Of a stretch of DNA of 64,000 nt, positions 10,231 to 19,994 are shown piece after piece. This DNA comes from an uncultured Acidobacteriota bacterium (GTDB lineage Bacteria; Acidobacteriota; Blastocatellia; RBC074). The stretch lies in contig CAWCKY010000002.1 of assembly GCA_963796275.1 (NCBI GenBank), forward strand, positions 288,001-352,000, read 5' to 3'. The notes below the pieces were generated by a model. That model was not told the origin of the DNA. It was given only the letters and a program-made list of their open reading frames with translations, and made no database searches. A program made the position numbers and the translations under genes. The stretch's first letter is position 1, and each line of letters opens with the position of its first letter.

Positions 10231-10767
10231 GTCAAAAGAGCTTCTAACTACTTAATTAGATCGATCAGAACCTGCATCATTCTATTCAGAGCTCACGCCA
10301 TGCCCATGACAGCTTCGAACAGATTAGAAAACAGCTCGAAGCCCCCCCGATTCGCGCGCGGAAAGATTCAGCCCGCTTAGCGGTGCGGGGATGAACAGTA
10401 AAATAGTGGTCGAGGGTTACGCCAATCGGGCAGATGACTAAGATGGACTGTCATTACCTCTGGGTAGCTCGCACGGCGGATATCATTCGGGTCGATGTTA
10501 CGTCTTTCGTACACGGGTGACTGGAAAAAACACGCTCTGTACGGATGAAGGTTGATCTGGTCACACTGCGGTATGAGAGCCGTCGGCTCGTTTACCGGCG
10601 AAATCTTTAATATGTTCCGTTTTATGAATATCGAAACGCCGAAGGCTGAAATTCGCCCCTAAGTCCGTTTATTTTGGTGATTGGGAGCTCATCGGCAGGA
10701 TAGGGCACAAGTAATTTACAGGATTTAAATCCTGAACTGGCGCTTTGTGTAAAGCTCTTTCTACGGT

Positions 10768-11748
10768 TCACTGACCACTCAGATTGGAGCCGGGTTTCCG
10801 AGGATCGATCCGAGGCTCGATTGGAAGTCTGATAGGCGGGATTTTGATCGGGGGGAGACGCCGCTTCTTTTTGGTGTCGGCAGGCTTCCAATCATACTCC
10901 CCGATCTCCGGGCGATCTTTAGCCGTGATGAACCCGGAGCTGTTGAGTTGGTATTCATTTTTCTTAGGAAAGCGAGCTACCAGCTTGCTCGTATATCGAA
11001 TCCGGTCCTCGTTCATAGGATGAGTGCGAAATCTATTGCGCAGCGGGATCTTAGTCTTCTTCTCCTGCTTCCGCAGCTTTTCCAGGAAAGTAATCAATGC
11101 CTGTGGATCATATCCGGTCTTCCATAGATACTGTGCAGCCAGTCGGTCTGCTTCCTTTTCTGCATCGCGTGAGAATTTGAAAGATAGTACGCTCGCAGCC
11201 TGATTGATGGAACCGTTTCCGCCTCCGAGGAAATTCAACGAACGCGAAACCCAGGCGATCAGTTCCCTTCTTGATGCCTGTTCGATGCTGTGTCGCGCGG
11301 CTATATGCGCGACCTCATGCGCAATCACGGCTGCCAACTCAGCTTCATTATCGGCAGCCTCAATCAAACCGCGGTTGACGTAAAGATACCCTCCGGGTAG
11401 AGAAAATGCGTTTATTTCTGGGGAATCGATCACTTTGGCCGTGACCGCCGATTTGCTGTCTGAATTGATAACGATGTTTTGCGTGACGCGATTGATAAGC
11501 TCCTGGATGCCAGGATCCTTGACCAATTCTGCGCGCGCTTCCAATACACTCGCCATTCGCTTACCCAGCTCAGCCTCTCGTTCCAGCGAATAGATATTGA
11601 CCTGGCGCTTATTGATATCTCGCTTGCCGATCAAGTCCGGATCTTCCCTCTCCTTGAGCGGTTTCTTCTCTTTATCTGATGCCGCCACCGACATTACAAT
11701 AAGCGAAGAAGTCAGTAGCGTGATCAGTAGCTGCCTGATCAGATTCAT
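10768..11748 (-). CDS. Secreted M48 family Zn metalloprotease
   Basis: Signal peptide, INAFSLPGG, AHEVAH, FSRDAEKEAD, RTHP; ATG 11748 follows AAGGGAG. Confidence 0.9.
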   Translation of the reverse strand: MNLIRQLLITLLTSSLIVMSVAASDKEKKPLKEREDPDLIGKRDINKRQVNIYSLEREAELGKRMASVLEARAELVKDPGIQELINRVTQNIVINSDSKSAVTAKVIDSPEINAFSLPGGYLYVNRGLIEAADNEAELAAVIAHEVAHIAARHSIEQASRRELIAWVSRSLNFLGGGNGSINQAASVLSFKFSRDAEKEADRLAAQYLWKTGYDPQALITFLEKLRKQEKKTKIPLRNRFRTHPMNEDRIRYTSKLVARFPKKNEYQLNSSGFITAKDRPEIGEYDWKPADTKKKRRLPPIKIPPIRLPIEPRIDPRKPGSNLSGQ

Positions 11749-12384
11749 CCTACTCCCTTTCCAATTAGTTAACATGAATAGTCGAACCAGCGATCTGTTC
11801 TCATCACTTGCTGGCAAGGGTTTCTCCGATTAGCCCTTGATGTTACTTTGGCTTAATGCCAGAACCACCTTGGCCAACAACTGATTTTGTAATAATCATT
11901 CAATGCAGTGGGCACGATAATGAGAAAACGCGGAACTACAGCTTTGAGGGATAGCTGGGTCTCATTGACTTATTCCAACAGAGTTTTCACTCCTTAAAAT
12001 ACATCCCTTTCTAGGTGCCATGATGTGAGATATCACACACGGGTTACTGATATCTCGATTCCGGTTATTCGCGATCGACGAGAATTGCCTAACCTATCTC
12101 AGACGACTGCAGCCGATAGCTACTGGAATCAATGCTTTCGGCTCTGCAGGCTAGGCGCAAGGCTCTAATGTATTCGATCATCCAATCTCTCAAGCTCCAA
12201 GAGCGACAAATATGATTCAGGTGCCTCCCTTTTCGAGAAGACAATCGTTAAAGTTATGAGCAACTGGTTCATCCGCAGCTGAAGAGATGTCATCGATAAT
12301 AATCAGCTTTGATTTTAAACTTTGTTTAAAAAAGTTATTTAGGGATTCAAAGTATTACGGTACGTGGCGGTATTATCATCCGCG

Positions 12385-12440
12385 AAAGAATACTCCATCC
12401 ATAGCGAGCATCTTGGCGAGCTTGGATGGAGATGAATTTC
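12385..12440. repeat. Solo copy of the IscB-element left-end hairpin
   Basis: aatactccatccatagcgagcatcttggcgagcttggatggagatgaattt versus gataccccatccatagcagccatcttgggcggcttggatggggaggaattt at 8593-8643. Confidence 0.8.
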
Positions 12441-12478
12441 GCATCGTGGGCGAATCATTTCGGAGGAACGGGTCGCAG

Positions 12479-13751
12479 TCATTCGTGCCGGAATGCCACC
12501 AGTGGATCGACCTTCGTTGCCCGCCGCGCCGGCAGGTAACAAGCCAGCAGCGCCACGCCGAGCAGCAGCACCGCCGCCGCCGTGAAGGCTTGCCCGTCGT
12601 GTGGCTTGATCTGGAAGAGCAGCGTTTCCAGATAGCGTGCCAACCCGAAGGCCGCCACAAGTCCGACTGCCGCGCCCATCGCGGCCAGCAGCATCCCGCG
12701 CCCGATGACCAGGCGGAAAACATCGCGCGGGCGCGCGCCGAGCGCCAGGCGAATGCCGATCTCGTGCGTCCGTTGCGACACCAGATAGGCCATCACGCCA
12801 AACAGCCCGACCGAAGCCAACAACAGCGCGACAGCGGCGAAGCTCCCCAACAAGAACATATTGAAGCGACGCGGACCGAGTGAGGCGTAAAGCAGTTGCT
12901 CGATGGTCTGGATGTCGATAACCGGCACGTTTGCGTCTATTGAGCGAAGCACGCCGCGCACCGCCGCTGTTTGCGCCGCCGGCTCAGTGCGTGTGCGGAC
13001 GACTAACTTCGATTGTATGGCCCGTGCCATCACTGCTGTCGCGATATAGATCGTCGGCCCTGGCTCGGTCGCCGGCCCGAGGCTGCGGACATCGCCGGCA
13101 ACGCCGATGATCGTGTACGTCTGGTTGCCCAGGCTACGCAGTGTGACCGTCTTGCCGAGCGGGTCTTCGCCGGGCCAGTAACGGCGCGCCATCTCTTCGC
13201 TGATGATCGTCACGGGCTGGCTCTCCGGCACGTCGCATTCATCGAAATCGCGCCCGCGCAGCGTGATGCCGAGCGTGCGCCAATAGCCCGGACTGACAAC
13301 CCGCCAACCGGCCGAAGGCTGACTGCCGTCGGGCGCGACGGCTCTGCCCGGAATCTGCACCTCGCTACTGGTGGGTTCCCGAGGCCGCTCAATGGCACTG
13401 AACTGGTGAGCGCAGCGTCCTGCACGCCGGGCAAGGCTTTGGTTTCACGCAGCAGGCGCGTGTAGAACGCCCAAGATTCTTGATGCCCCGAATAGCGATT
13501 GCGCGCCAGGTTTATCCGCATAGTCAGCAAGTTCTCTGGCTTAAACCCTAGTTCGACATCTTGCAGCTTCGCGAAACTGCGCAGCAGCAATCCAGCGCCG
13601 ATCAGCAGCGCGACTGAGAGCGCCACCTCTGCGATCACTAACGTGCCGCGCAGACGTTGTCGTCCGCCCGCGCCGCCGCTATCTCCTGCTCGACACGGAC
13701 CTTGCGTAGCAGTCCGTAGAGCCGCGTATAGATCAGTCTCAACCAGAACAT
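12479..13751 (-). pseudogene. ADOP-type (MacB/FtsX duplicated) ABC permease, internally deleted and frameshifted
   Basis: ATG 13751 reads MFWLRLIYTRLYGLLRKVRVEQEI, then jumps out of frame at 13681/13680 to the mid-protein SGGAGGRQRLRGTLVIAEVALS. A second frameshift lies near 13370. C-terminus PARRATKVDPLVAFRHE is intact. Confidence 0.85.
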
Positions 13752-13765
13752 CGGTCGCAGTCCCC

Positions 13766-14098
13766 TTAAGTAGTTTGCATGACTTTGTAGACGGCCCGGG
13801 CGAGCCGCCCCCAATTCTCTTCCTCAATCTCTAGCTGTTTGCGGCCGGTGCGAGTCAGCTTGTAGAACTTGGCGCGGAGATTGTTCTCTGACACGCCCCA
13901 TTCGGCAGTTATCCACCCTTGCCGCTCGACCCGGTAGAGCGCTGGGTAGAGCGAGCCCTCTTCCACACGCAGCACGTCCTCAGACATTTGCATGATGCGC
14001 TGACCGATGCCGTAACCGTGCCGCGGCCCGAGTGAGAGGGCCTTGAGAATCAACATGTCGAGTGTGCCTTGCAGCAGCTTGGTGTCTGGGGTTGGCAT
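13766..14098 (-). CDS. PadR family transcriptional regulator (acidobacterial type)
   Basis: LLQGTLDMLILKAL, HGYGI, EEGSLYPALYR, SENNLRAKFYKLT..GRKQL. Confidence 0.93.
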   Translation of the reverse strand: MPTPDTKLLQGTLDMLILKALSLGPRHGYGIGQRIMQMSEDVLRVEEGSLYPALYRVERQGWITAEWGVSENNLRAKFYKLTRTGRKQLEIEEENWGRLARAVYKVMQTT

Positions 14099-14475
14099 CG
14101 TCGTTTTTCTCCATAGTTCCTAGATTATCTAGGACAACATAGAACGAAGTCCCTAGATTGTCAAATTACCGAAGGAGAGGAGTGGGAAATTAGATGGCGT
14201 CCGGCGGATCGAGGGTTTAATTCTGGGTCATTATGAAGGGAGCAACGAAGCCATCGAATTCCGGCAGTATTATCTAGCTTTGAGTAAACTATCTTCCAAA
14301 TATCAACGCAATGTCCTTTTCACGGCCTATAGGACGGTTGGGATTTGTATTTGTTTCATCAAGAGCACCGTATGCCGAATTTGAGTTCCAAACCTAATCC
14401 GTCAAATGTGCCAGCGATGTCTTTAGCGGGAGCAAAAAGAATCGACCTCAACTGCTTACTCTGTGTTTTCTCCAT

Positions 14476-16113
14476 TCAAGGTTCCCGGTAAAGCAGGAGC
14501 AAGATGCCAATGATCGCGAAGCACAACGGCCAGACCAAAGAAGGAATGCGGCGATCACCTTCCGGCAGCCGCAACTCCAGCCAGCGCGCGCACCCCGCCG
14601 CAATAGCGAGCAACGCGAGCGGCACGTGGGTCAATTCGGCGAGCAACTCCTTCTTTACGTTTTCCGATGAATGCGAGTGTGTAAGGAGCAGTGCCCCGCC
14701 CAGCGCACAAATCAACGGGAAGACCAGAGCCGCACGCTTTGAGCGGATACGATCCGTCCGCACGGCCCACTCGAAGAGGCCGAAGGCTATGGTCAGGACG
14801 GCAAAAGCCCGGTGCTGCAAAACCTCGGAATTGTCGAAGCTTTCCCAGAACCCGTTGGGGCCTAGCGGCCAGTTCTCCGGATCCGCGCGCAGGAAGATGA
14901 AAGCGGCGAGCGCCAGAAAAACGAGCGGCCAATGCCTCGCCCATCTCACGTGTCCCGTCCACCATGCTAACTGCAGCAGCCCGGCAACTAAAACCATTAA
15001 CCCAGCCCAGTGGTGATTGTACTCAGACCAGGCTCTGTCAGCCTGCCTATTCAGAATAGGAGCGTCTCCTCCCATAACTGGGGATCGCGTCTCCAGTGCA
15101 TCAACGTCTTTCATCCTCTGCCGCGTGGGCTCCGACAATTCCTCCAGACTGGGGCTTCGCAGACGCGGCCAGTGCGGTGCCATTCGTTCACCAATTTCGG
15201 ACAGGTTCAAGCGATCATCCGTGACGTCTGCCGCGGGCGGGACCGAGGTCAACGATGCGGCCGCCAGGATGATTGCGAAGCCTATCCCGACCTCTACCTC
15301 GGCCAGCGGGCGCAGCCGGTTGAACTGCAAAGTCGGGGCCGAGTTCATCCGTCTGACTGTTAAGAAGTTCAGCGCTCCGATAAGGAGCAACGCCCCGAAG
15401 AGCAGAACTTTGGCGCTCACCATCAATCCGTAGGCCGTCCCATAAACAGCGCCCGGTGCATCAATGTAAAAATACGAAAGAGTAAGTCCCGCTGCAGCGA
15501 TGACCGCGACGCTGGCTATTGCCAGTGAGGAGAATCGGCGTGCGATTGTCTCCCGCACCTGCTCATCTGAGCAGCGCGAGATTGCAATCAGCAGATATGG
15601 CAGCCCGCCTATCCAGGCGGCCGTCGCGGCGCAGTGCAGCGCGGTGACTACGCCGAGCAAGGCCCGGTCCGTTAAGCGCGATGCGGCGTGGCTCGTCATG
15701 ACAGATGCGCCGATGATAACGACTGCAAGCCCGAAAGCCCACTGCCATCTGCGACGAAAGTGAGCACGTGCAACGAGAGCAAGCCCCGACGAAGCGGCGA
15801 TCAATACTATGCCGGCGCGAAAGAAGCTCGCTCCCACGACTTCTCGCAATGGCAGCTCAGCTGTGGCTATCAGTGCAGCAGCATTGAGGCACAGGAGGAT
15901 GAGTTGAAAAAAAGCCAGACACATCGCCGCCCAGGTGATCAGGCGCCGGAATGAGCAGAGCGCCAACTTCCAGCTCTCGTCGCCGGGCAATCGGTGCAAC
16001 CGTGCAACCAACAGCGCGAAGACTACGCCACCCACCGCCAGGCTTTGCGCGACGATCGCCAACGCATGCAAGACCACAGAAAAGTACGCGAAGAGATCGA
16101 GGAGTTGAGCCAT
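14476..16113 (-). CDS. copD: CopD family copper transport membrane protein with extended C-terminal TM domain
   Basis: TSHAASR, LHCAATAAWIGGL, RRFS, YGTAYG..K; start MAQLL (16113) is 4 nt after the copC stop. Confidence 0.85.
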   Translation of the reverse strand: MAQLLDLFAYFSVVLHALAIVAQSLAVGGVVFALLVARLHRLPGDESWKLALCSFRRLITWAAMCLAFFQLILLCLNAAALIATAELPLREVVGASFFRAGIVLIAASSGLALVARAHFRRRWQWAFGLAVVIIGASVMTSHAASRLTDRALLGVVTALHCAATAAWIGGLPYLLIAISRCSDEQVRETIARRFSSLAIASVAVIAAAGLTLSYFYIDAPGAVYGTAYGLMVSAKVLLFGALLLIGALNFLTVRRMNSAPTLQFNRLRPLAEVEVGIGFAIILAAASLTSVPPAADVTDDRLNLSEIGERMAPHWPRLRSPSLEELSEPTRQRMKDVDALETRSPVMGGDAPILNRQADRAWSEYNHHWAGLMVLVAGLLQLAWWTGHVRWARHWPLVFLALAAFIFLRADPENWPLGPNGFWESFDNSEVLQHRAFAVLTIAFGLFEWAVRTDRIRSKRAALVFPLICALGGALLLTHSHSSENVKKELLAELTHVPLALLAIAAGCARWLELRLPEGDRRIPSLVWPLCFAIIGILLLLYREP

Positions 16114-16117
16114 GGCC

Positions 16118-16516
16118 TCAGCCTTTCGAACCTTTGACGTTGAAAGGAATGCCGCCTCGCGTAATGTGTCCGTCGATCGCAAGCACCTGCCAACGCAGAT
16201 GGTAAGCCCCCGCGCCGAGCCCGGTGGCACGCGACGAGAGCATGTCCGGCGCTCCCTCTTCATTGATCTTGAGAGCGACCGTTTTGCCGTCGGGTAGGGC
16301 CAACATCAGACGCGAGCGACTGCGATCAATCCGTACGTTGAAGCGCAGTTTTATGGCTATATCTGGTCCCGCGATGGCCGAGTCAGCCGCGGGATTTGCC
16401 TCGACAAGTACAGCGTGAAGCACAACATGCGCATTGGCAGAACGGCCCGGACCAATCAGAACAAACAATCCAAATGCGAATGCCCGAAGAAAATCTGAAC
16501 GTCTACTAGCTTTCAT
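16118..16516 (-). CDS. copC: CopC copper-binding periplasmic protein
   Basis: Signal peptide, HAVLVEANP, LRFN, Y.LRWQVLAIDGH.TRG.IPF.V. Confidence 0.9.
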   Translation of the reverse strand: MKASRRSDFLRAFAFGLFVLIGPGRSANAHVVLHAVLVEANPAADSAIAGPDIAIKLRFNVRIDRSRSRLMLALPDGKTVALKINEEGAPDMLSSRATGLGAGAYHLRWQVLAIDGHITRGGIPFNVKGSKG

Positions 16517-17359
16517 ATTTCACCACGCGTAGGTATCATTTTCTCCTTCACCAAAACTCCATCTTTATAACTCCAGCTTTCGCCGCGACGACAATCCATC
16601 CTTAAATCGCCCGAGTTTTAGGGCCTTGTTAATTGCGGGCTTAAGCCTGATGACCATCGGTAATCTCCAAACATGAAACATCCGGCCCGCTATTCGCGGT
16701 GTTAGCTCATAATCCGACAGGATTCGAATCTAAATGGTTAGGGGAAAAAGTTCTTGAGCAATTATTCGGGAAGGAGGGCCCTCAAGATTTCAGAGGATGA
16801 TGTTGGCTAATTCCAAACGCTTTCTCAAATCTATGTTGCACTCTAAAATTTGAGAAAACTCTCTAAAATTATAAATTGGCGATAAAGAGCTTTCAATCTC
16901 TCTAATGCCAACTCATTTGTTCAATTACATTTATGAAGGCCCGCTCGCGAGTTGGCGGCGAGCCCCCTGATTTTTGGGAGTGGTTTAATCGGCGCTCGAG
17001 AGAGGATGCCCGCTCTGGATCCAGGCATTAGTGCCGCCGACGACATTGAATAATTTTCGGAGCCCCTGCCTGGCGAGTAGACTGACAAGCAGCGATAGAG
17101 CGATAACCGCTGGCTCAAGCGATAGCTGCCGGGCGTCGCTGGTCAATCTCTGAAATTTGCTCGGTCAATTACGACAGGGGGATGTTGATTGCTCCTGGGA
17201 TGCTGAATTATTTTTTCCAGATACCTCTCGAAATTTTAGCTTTACCGGATTGTTTCCGGAGGAAGCTCATGTTTCACGAACATTTGAATATCAAGAAATG
17301 CAAACAAACCGAGTTATGTCCAGAACTGCGCGCGCAGTTGAGCAGCGTATCGATTTCGC

Positions 17360-18778
17360 TTACCAGGGCGAACCGGATCTGCGCACGCCCGCGGAAGACT
17401 GGGCCGTCGAGATGGTAGTGTGCAGCACGAAAGTGCCCGTACCCGTCCCATCCGGGTTGCGGTTCATGGAGACTCCGTCCGTGCCAGCCAGCCCCGACGT
17501 GTAAGAGAAGCTATTCCTGGCTGCTCCACCGCTGTCCCTGATGGTGACCGTGTCTCCGCTGTTGCCCAGGTTGAGTCCACCGCTCGAAGCTGCCACCGCG
17601 TTGCTCAAACCCGCGGGTATGGCCGAAGCGTCCGCAAAAATTACCACTGCTTTACCGGGGTTCAGCGTCGTGCCCGATGCGAAGATGTGGCGCACTGCCG
17701 TCCCATCAGAGATAGTCCAGCCACCGATATTTGCCGCCGTACCACCGACGTTGACCAGTTCGATGAACTCTCCCGCAGTATCGCTGCCCGGTTCATTTGC
17801 GAGAATCTCATTGATGATCACTTGAACTGGCGGCGGCGTCCCATCGCTGCCGAAACTATAGCGTGTAAGGACGGGGTAGTGATCGCTAGTCGTGGCGTCG
17901 TAGTTCGAGATGAACTGATCGACCCGGAACACCTCCACTGATCCGTCGATGTATGTGGCGTTTGCCTCGTTCGTGTTGAGGTGGTGGTCGATGGTATCCG
18001 AGAAGCTGGTGGTCGAGGAAATGCCGAAGTCAGAGAGCCGTTGGGTAGGAAAACGATAGTCAGCGACGTCATTGACGAAGTTGGCATAGGGGGACGCCCT
18101 ATTGGGAGAGATGGAGGTATCCACGTCATCGTTGAAATCACCGATGACCCACACCTTACGCGTCGGGAAATTCGTATCGAGGTACGATTTCAGGGCAGTC
18201 GAAGCGTTTCTACGTTGCGTCCAGCTATCTGTATCGCTGCAACACTTCGCGTGGAGAATGATGACAACGATGCTCTCCGTCGTCCCATTGAGCGTGACGC
18301 GCAGGGTGACCTGCAAGGGCGGGCGGCCGGCGAAATCCTGGTCATTCGCCGTCAGGATGACACGCGCATCCGTCACTGTCGCGACTGAAGTCTTGTAGAG
18401 GATGCCTACATTCTGCTCAGCGTTGTTGAACCCGCTGTAGAAGGCAGCGCCGTTTACGACGTTCGACTCTTTGGCGAGGAACCCGGCGTAGCCCGGTAGC
18501 TGGGACTTGAGACTGTTCCACTGCGCCAGGCTGACAATCTCGGCTACGCCCCAGATATCCATGTCAGCGCCGGCGATCACGCTACGTACGTTTTGGAGTT
18601 GCAGCGTTTCATTGGTAGGACCGTTTCCCGTATCGCCAAACCACTCAATGTTCCAGCTCGCGATATCGAGCGTCGTGTCCGTGCCTTTGCCAGGCACAAC
18701 TTGCGCGAAAGCGGTCGTGCTCAGGCACAATGTGAGCAGGAATAGATAGATATGAGTGGTAGAGAGTGTTCTTCTCAT
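17360..18778 (-). CDS. Secreted endonuclease/exonuclease/phosphatase (DNase I-like) with C-terminal lamin-tail domain
   Basis: Signal peptide, SWNIEWFG, GDFND, IDH, SDHYPV; INEILAN..EFIEL.N..LGNSGD (LTD). Confidence 0.88.
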   Translation of the reverse strand: MRRTLSTTHIYLFLLTLCLSTTAFAQVVPGKGTDTTLDIASWNIEWFGDTGNGPTNETLQLQNVRSVIAGADMDIWGVAEIVSLAQWNSLKSQLPGYAGFLAKESNVVNGAAFYSGFNNAEQNVGILYKTSVATVTDARVILTANDQDFAGRPPLQVTLRVTLNGTTESIVVIILHAKCCSDTDSWTQRRNASTALKSYLDTNFPTRKVWVIGDFNDDVDTSISPNRASPYANFVNDVADYRFPTQRLSDFGISSTTSFSDTIDHHLNTNEANATYIDGSVEVFRVDQFISNYDATTSDHYPVLTRYSFGSDGTPPPVQVIINEILANEPGSDTAGEFIELVNVGGTAANIGGWTISDGTAVRHIFASGTTLNPGKAVVIFADASAIPAGLSNAVAASSGGLNLGNSGDTVTIRDSGGAARNSFSYTSGLAGTDGVSMNRNPDGTGTGTFVLHTTISTAQSSAGVRRSGSPW

Positions 18779-19220
18779 TCATGTCCTTTCGTGTTTTTTT
18801 TAGGTGTACAACGTCTGACGGGGCGTCGTCTGAATTCGCTTTTTAGATATGTAGACTGTAACCGTTCGAGGCGTGTATGAGGTTACGGTAATGTTAAATC
18901 AGAAAAGGCCGATTGCGCCGGTTGCCTTCGCAATCGCCCGTGGTGGAAGAGACTCAAATAGACAATGACGTGCTCGCTCATCGCCGTTTCGAAAGAGTGT
19001 GAGGGTTGAATCCCTTGCCACCGGAGAAAATTTGATTCCGTTTAGATATACTCAGATCAATCTGTCATTCAGTATTGGAACTGTACTGCTAGTTCAAAAC
19101 TGTTTCGCTTCCCTTCCTCGTGCATTAAGGTCACTAGTATCCCGTTCGACACGATCGATCCCGGATCGTTAATTGCGAATCCGCACTAGTAACAAACAAT
19201 CATTGCAGCTTCGACTTATA

Positions 19221-19994
19221 TTACAGAGTTCGCGTCTGCCCACCGTCGATATCAAGAAGTGCGCCCTGACAATAATCAGCCAGCGGCGAAGCCAAAAATG
19301 CGACAGCCCGCGCGATTTCAGTGGGTTCTCCGAACCGCGCCACACGCGAAACCCGCGTCATCTCGCGCGCGGCATCTGACTCTTCGATCCCCTGCTCTGC
19401 AGCGAGCGCACGTAATCGTAACTGCAATCGTTCAGTAACGATCGACCCGGGGTTGATCGCGTTTACACGTACGCCATCGATTACGCCTCGATCGGCCAAT
19501 GCCTTGGTCAAATTGAGCAACGCGCTATTGACGGCACCGCCGATCGTGAAATCGGCGCTCCCGGTGCGGCCACCGATTCCCGCGATGTTGACGATGCTGC
19601 CGCTGCTGGCTTGCAGGTATGGCCAGGCCGCCCGGCAGCAACGCATGGCTCCATAAAACTTCAAGGCGAATCCGTCGATCCAATCATCATCTGAGAGATT
19701 GAAAAAATCACCCCGCTTCGTTGCGCCCGCATTGTTTACCAGTAGATCGAGCCGCCCATAAATGTCGATCGCCGAGGCAACCATAGATGAGGGAGCTTCC
19801 GGCGTACGCAGGTCCGCCACATATACATAACTCTCGGATACCAGCGAAGCGGACAATGCTTCAAGCTGGTCCTGCGAACGCGCGATCAGTACCAATCGCA
19901 TGCCTTCGCCTGACAACGTTTGGGCGATGGCACGGCCAATTCCACGACTGGCGCCCGTAACAATTCCGACTTTGCCTCTTAGTTGAAGATCCAT
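19221..19994 (-). CDS. SDR family NAD(P)-dependent oxidoreductase
   Basis: TGASRGIG, LVNNAG, VRVNAINPG, DIDGG; TGATG overlap with the upstream oxidase. Confidence 0.9.
   Translation of the reverse strand: MDLQLRGKVGIVTGASRGIGRAIAQTLSGEGMRLVLIARSQDQLEALSASLVSESYVYVADLRTPEAPSSMVASAIDIYGRLDLLVNNAGATKRGDFFNLSDDDWIDGFALKFYGAMRCCRAAWPYLQASSGSIVNIAGIGGRTGSADFTIGGAVNSALLNLTKALADRGVIDGVRVNAINPGSIVTERLQLRLRALAAEQGIEESDAAREMTRVSRVARFGEPTEIARAVAFLASPLADYCQGALLDIDGGQTRTL

Noticed and set aside
16114-16263. 595-aa CopD start at 16263
   Set aside because: Overlaps copC; ATG 16113 fits the operon spacing.
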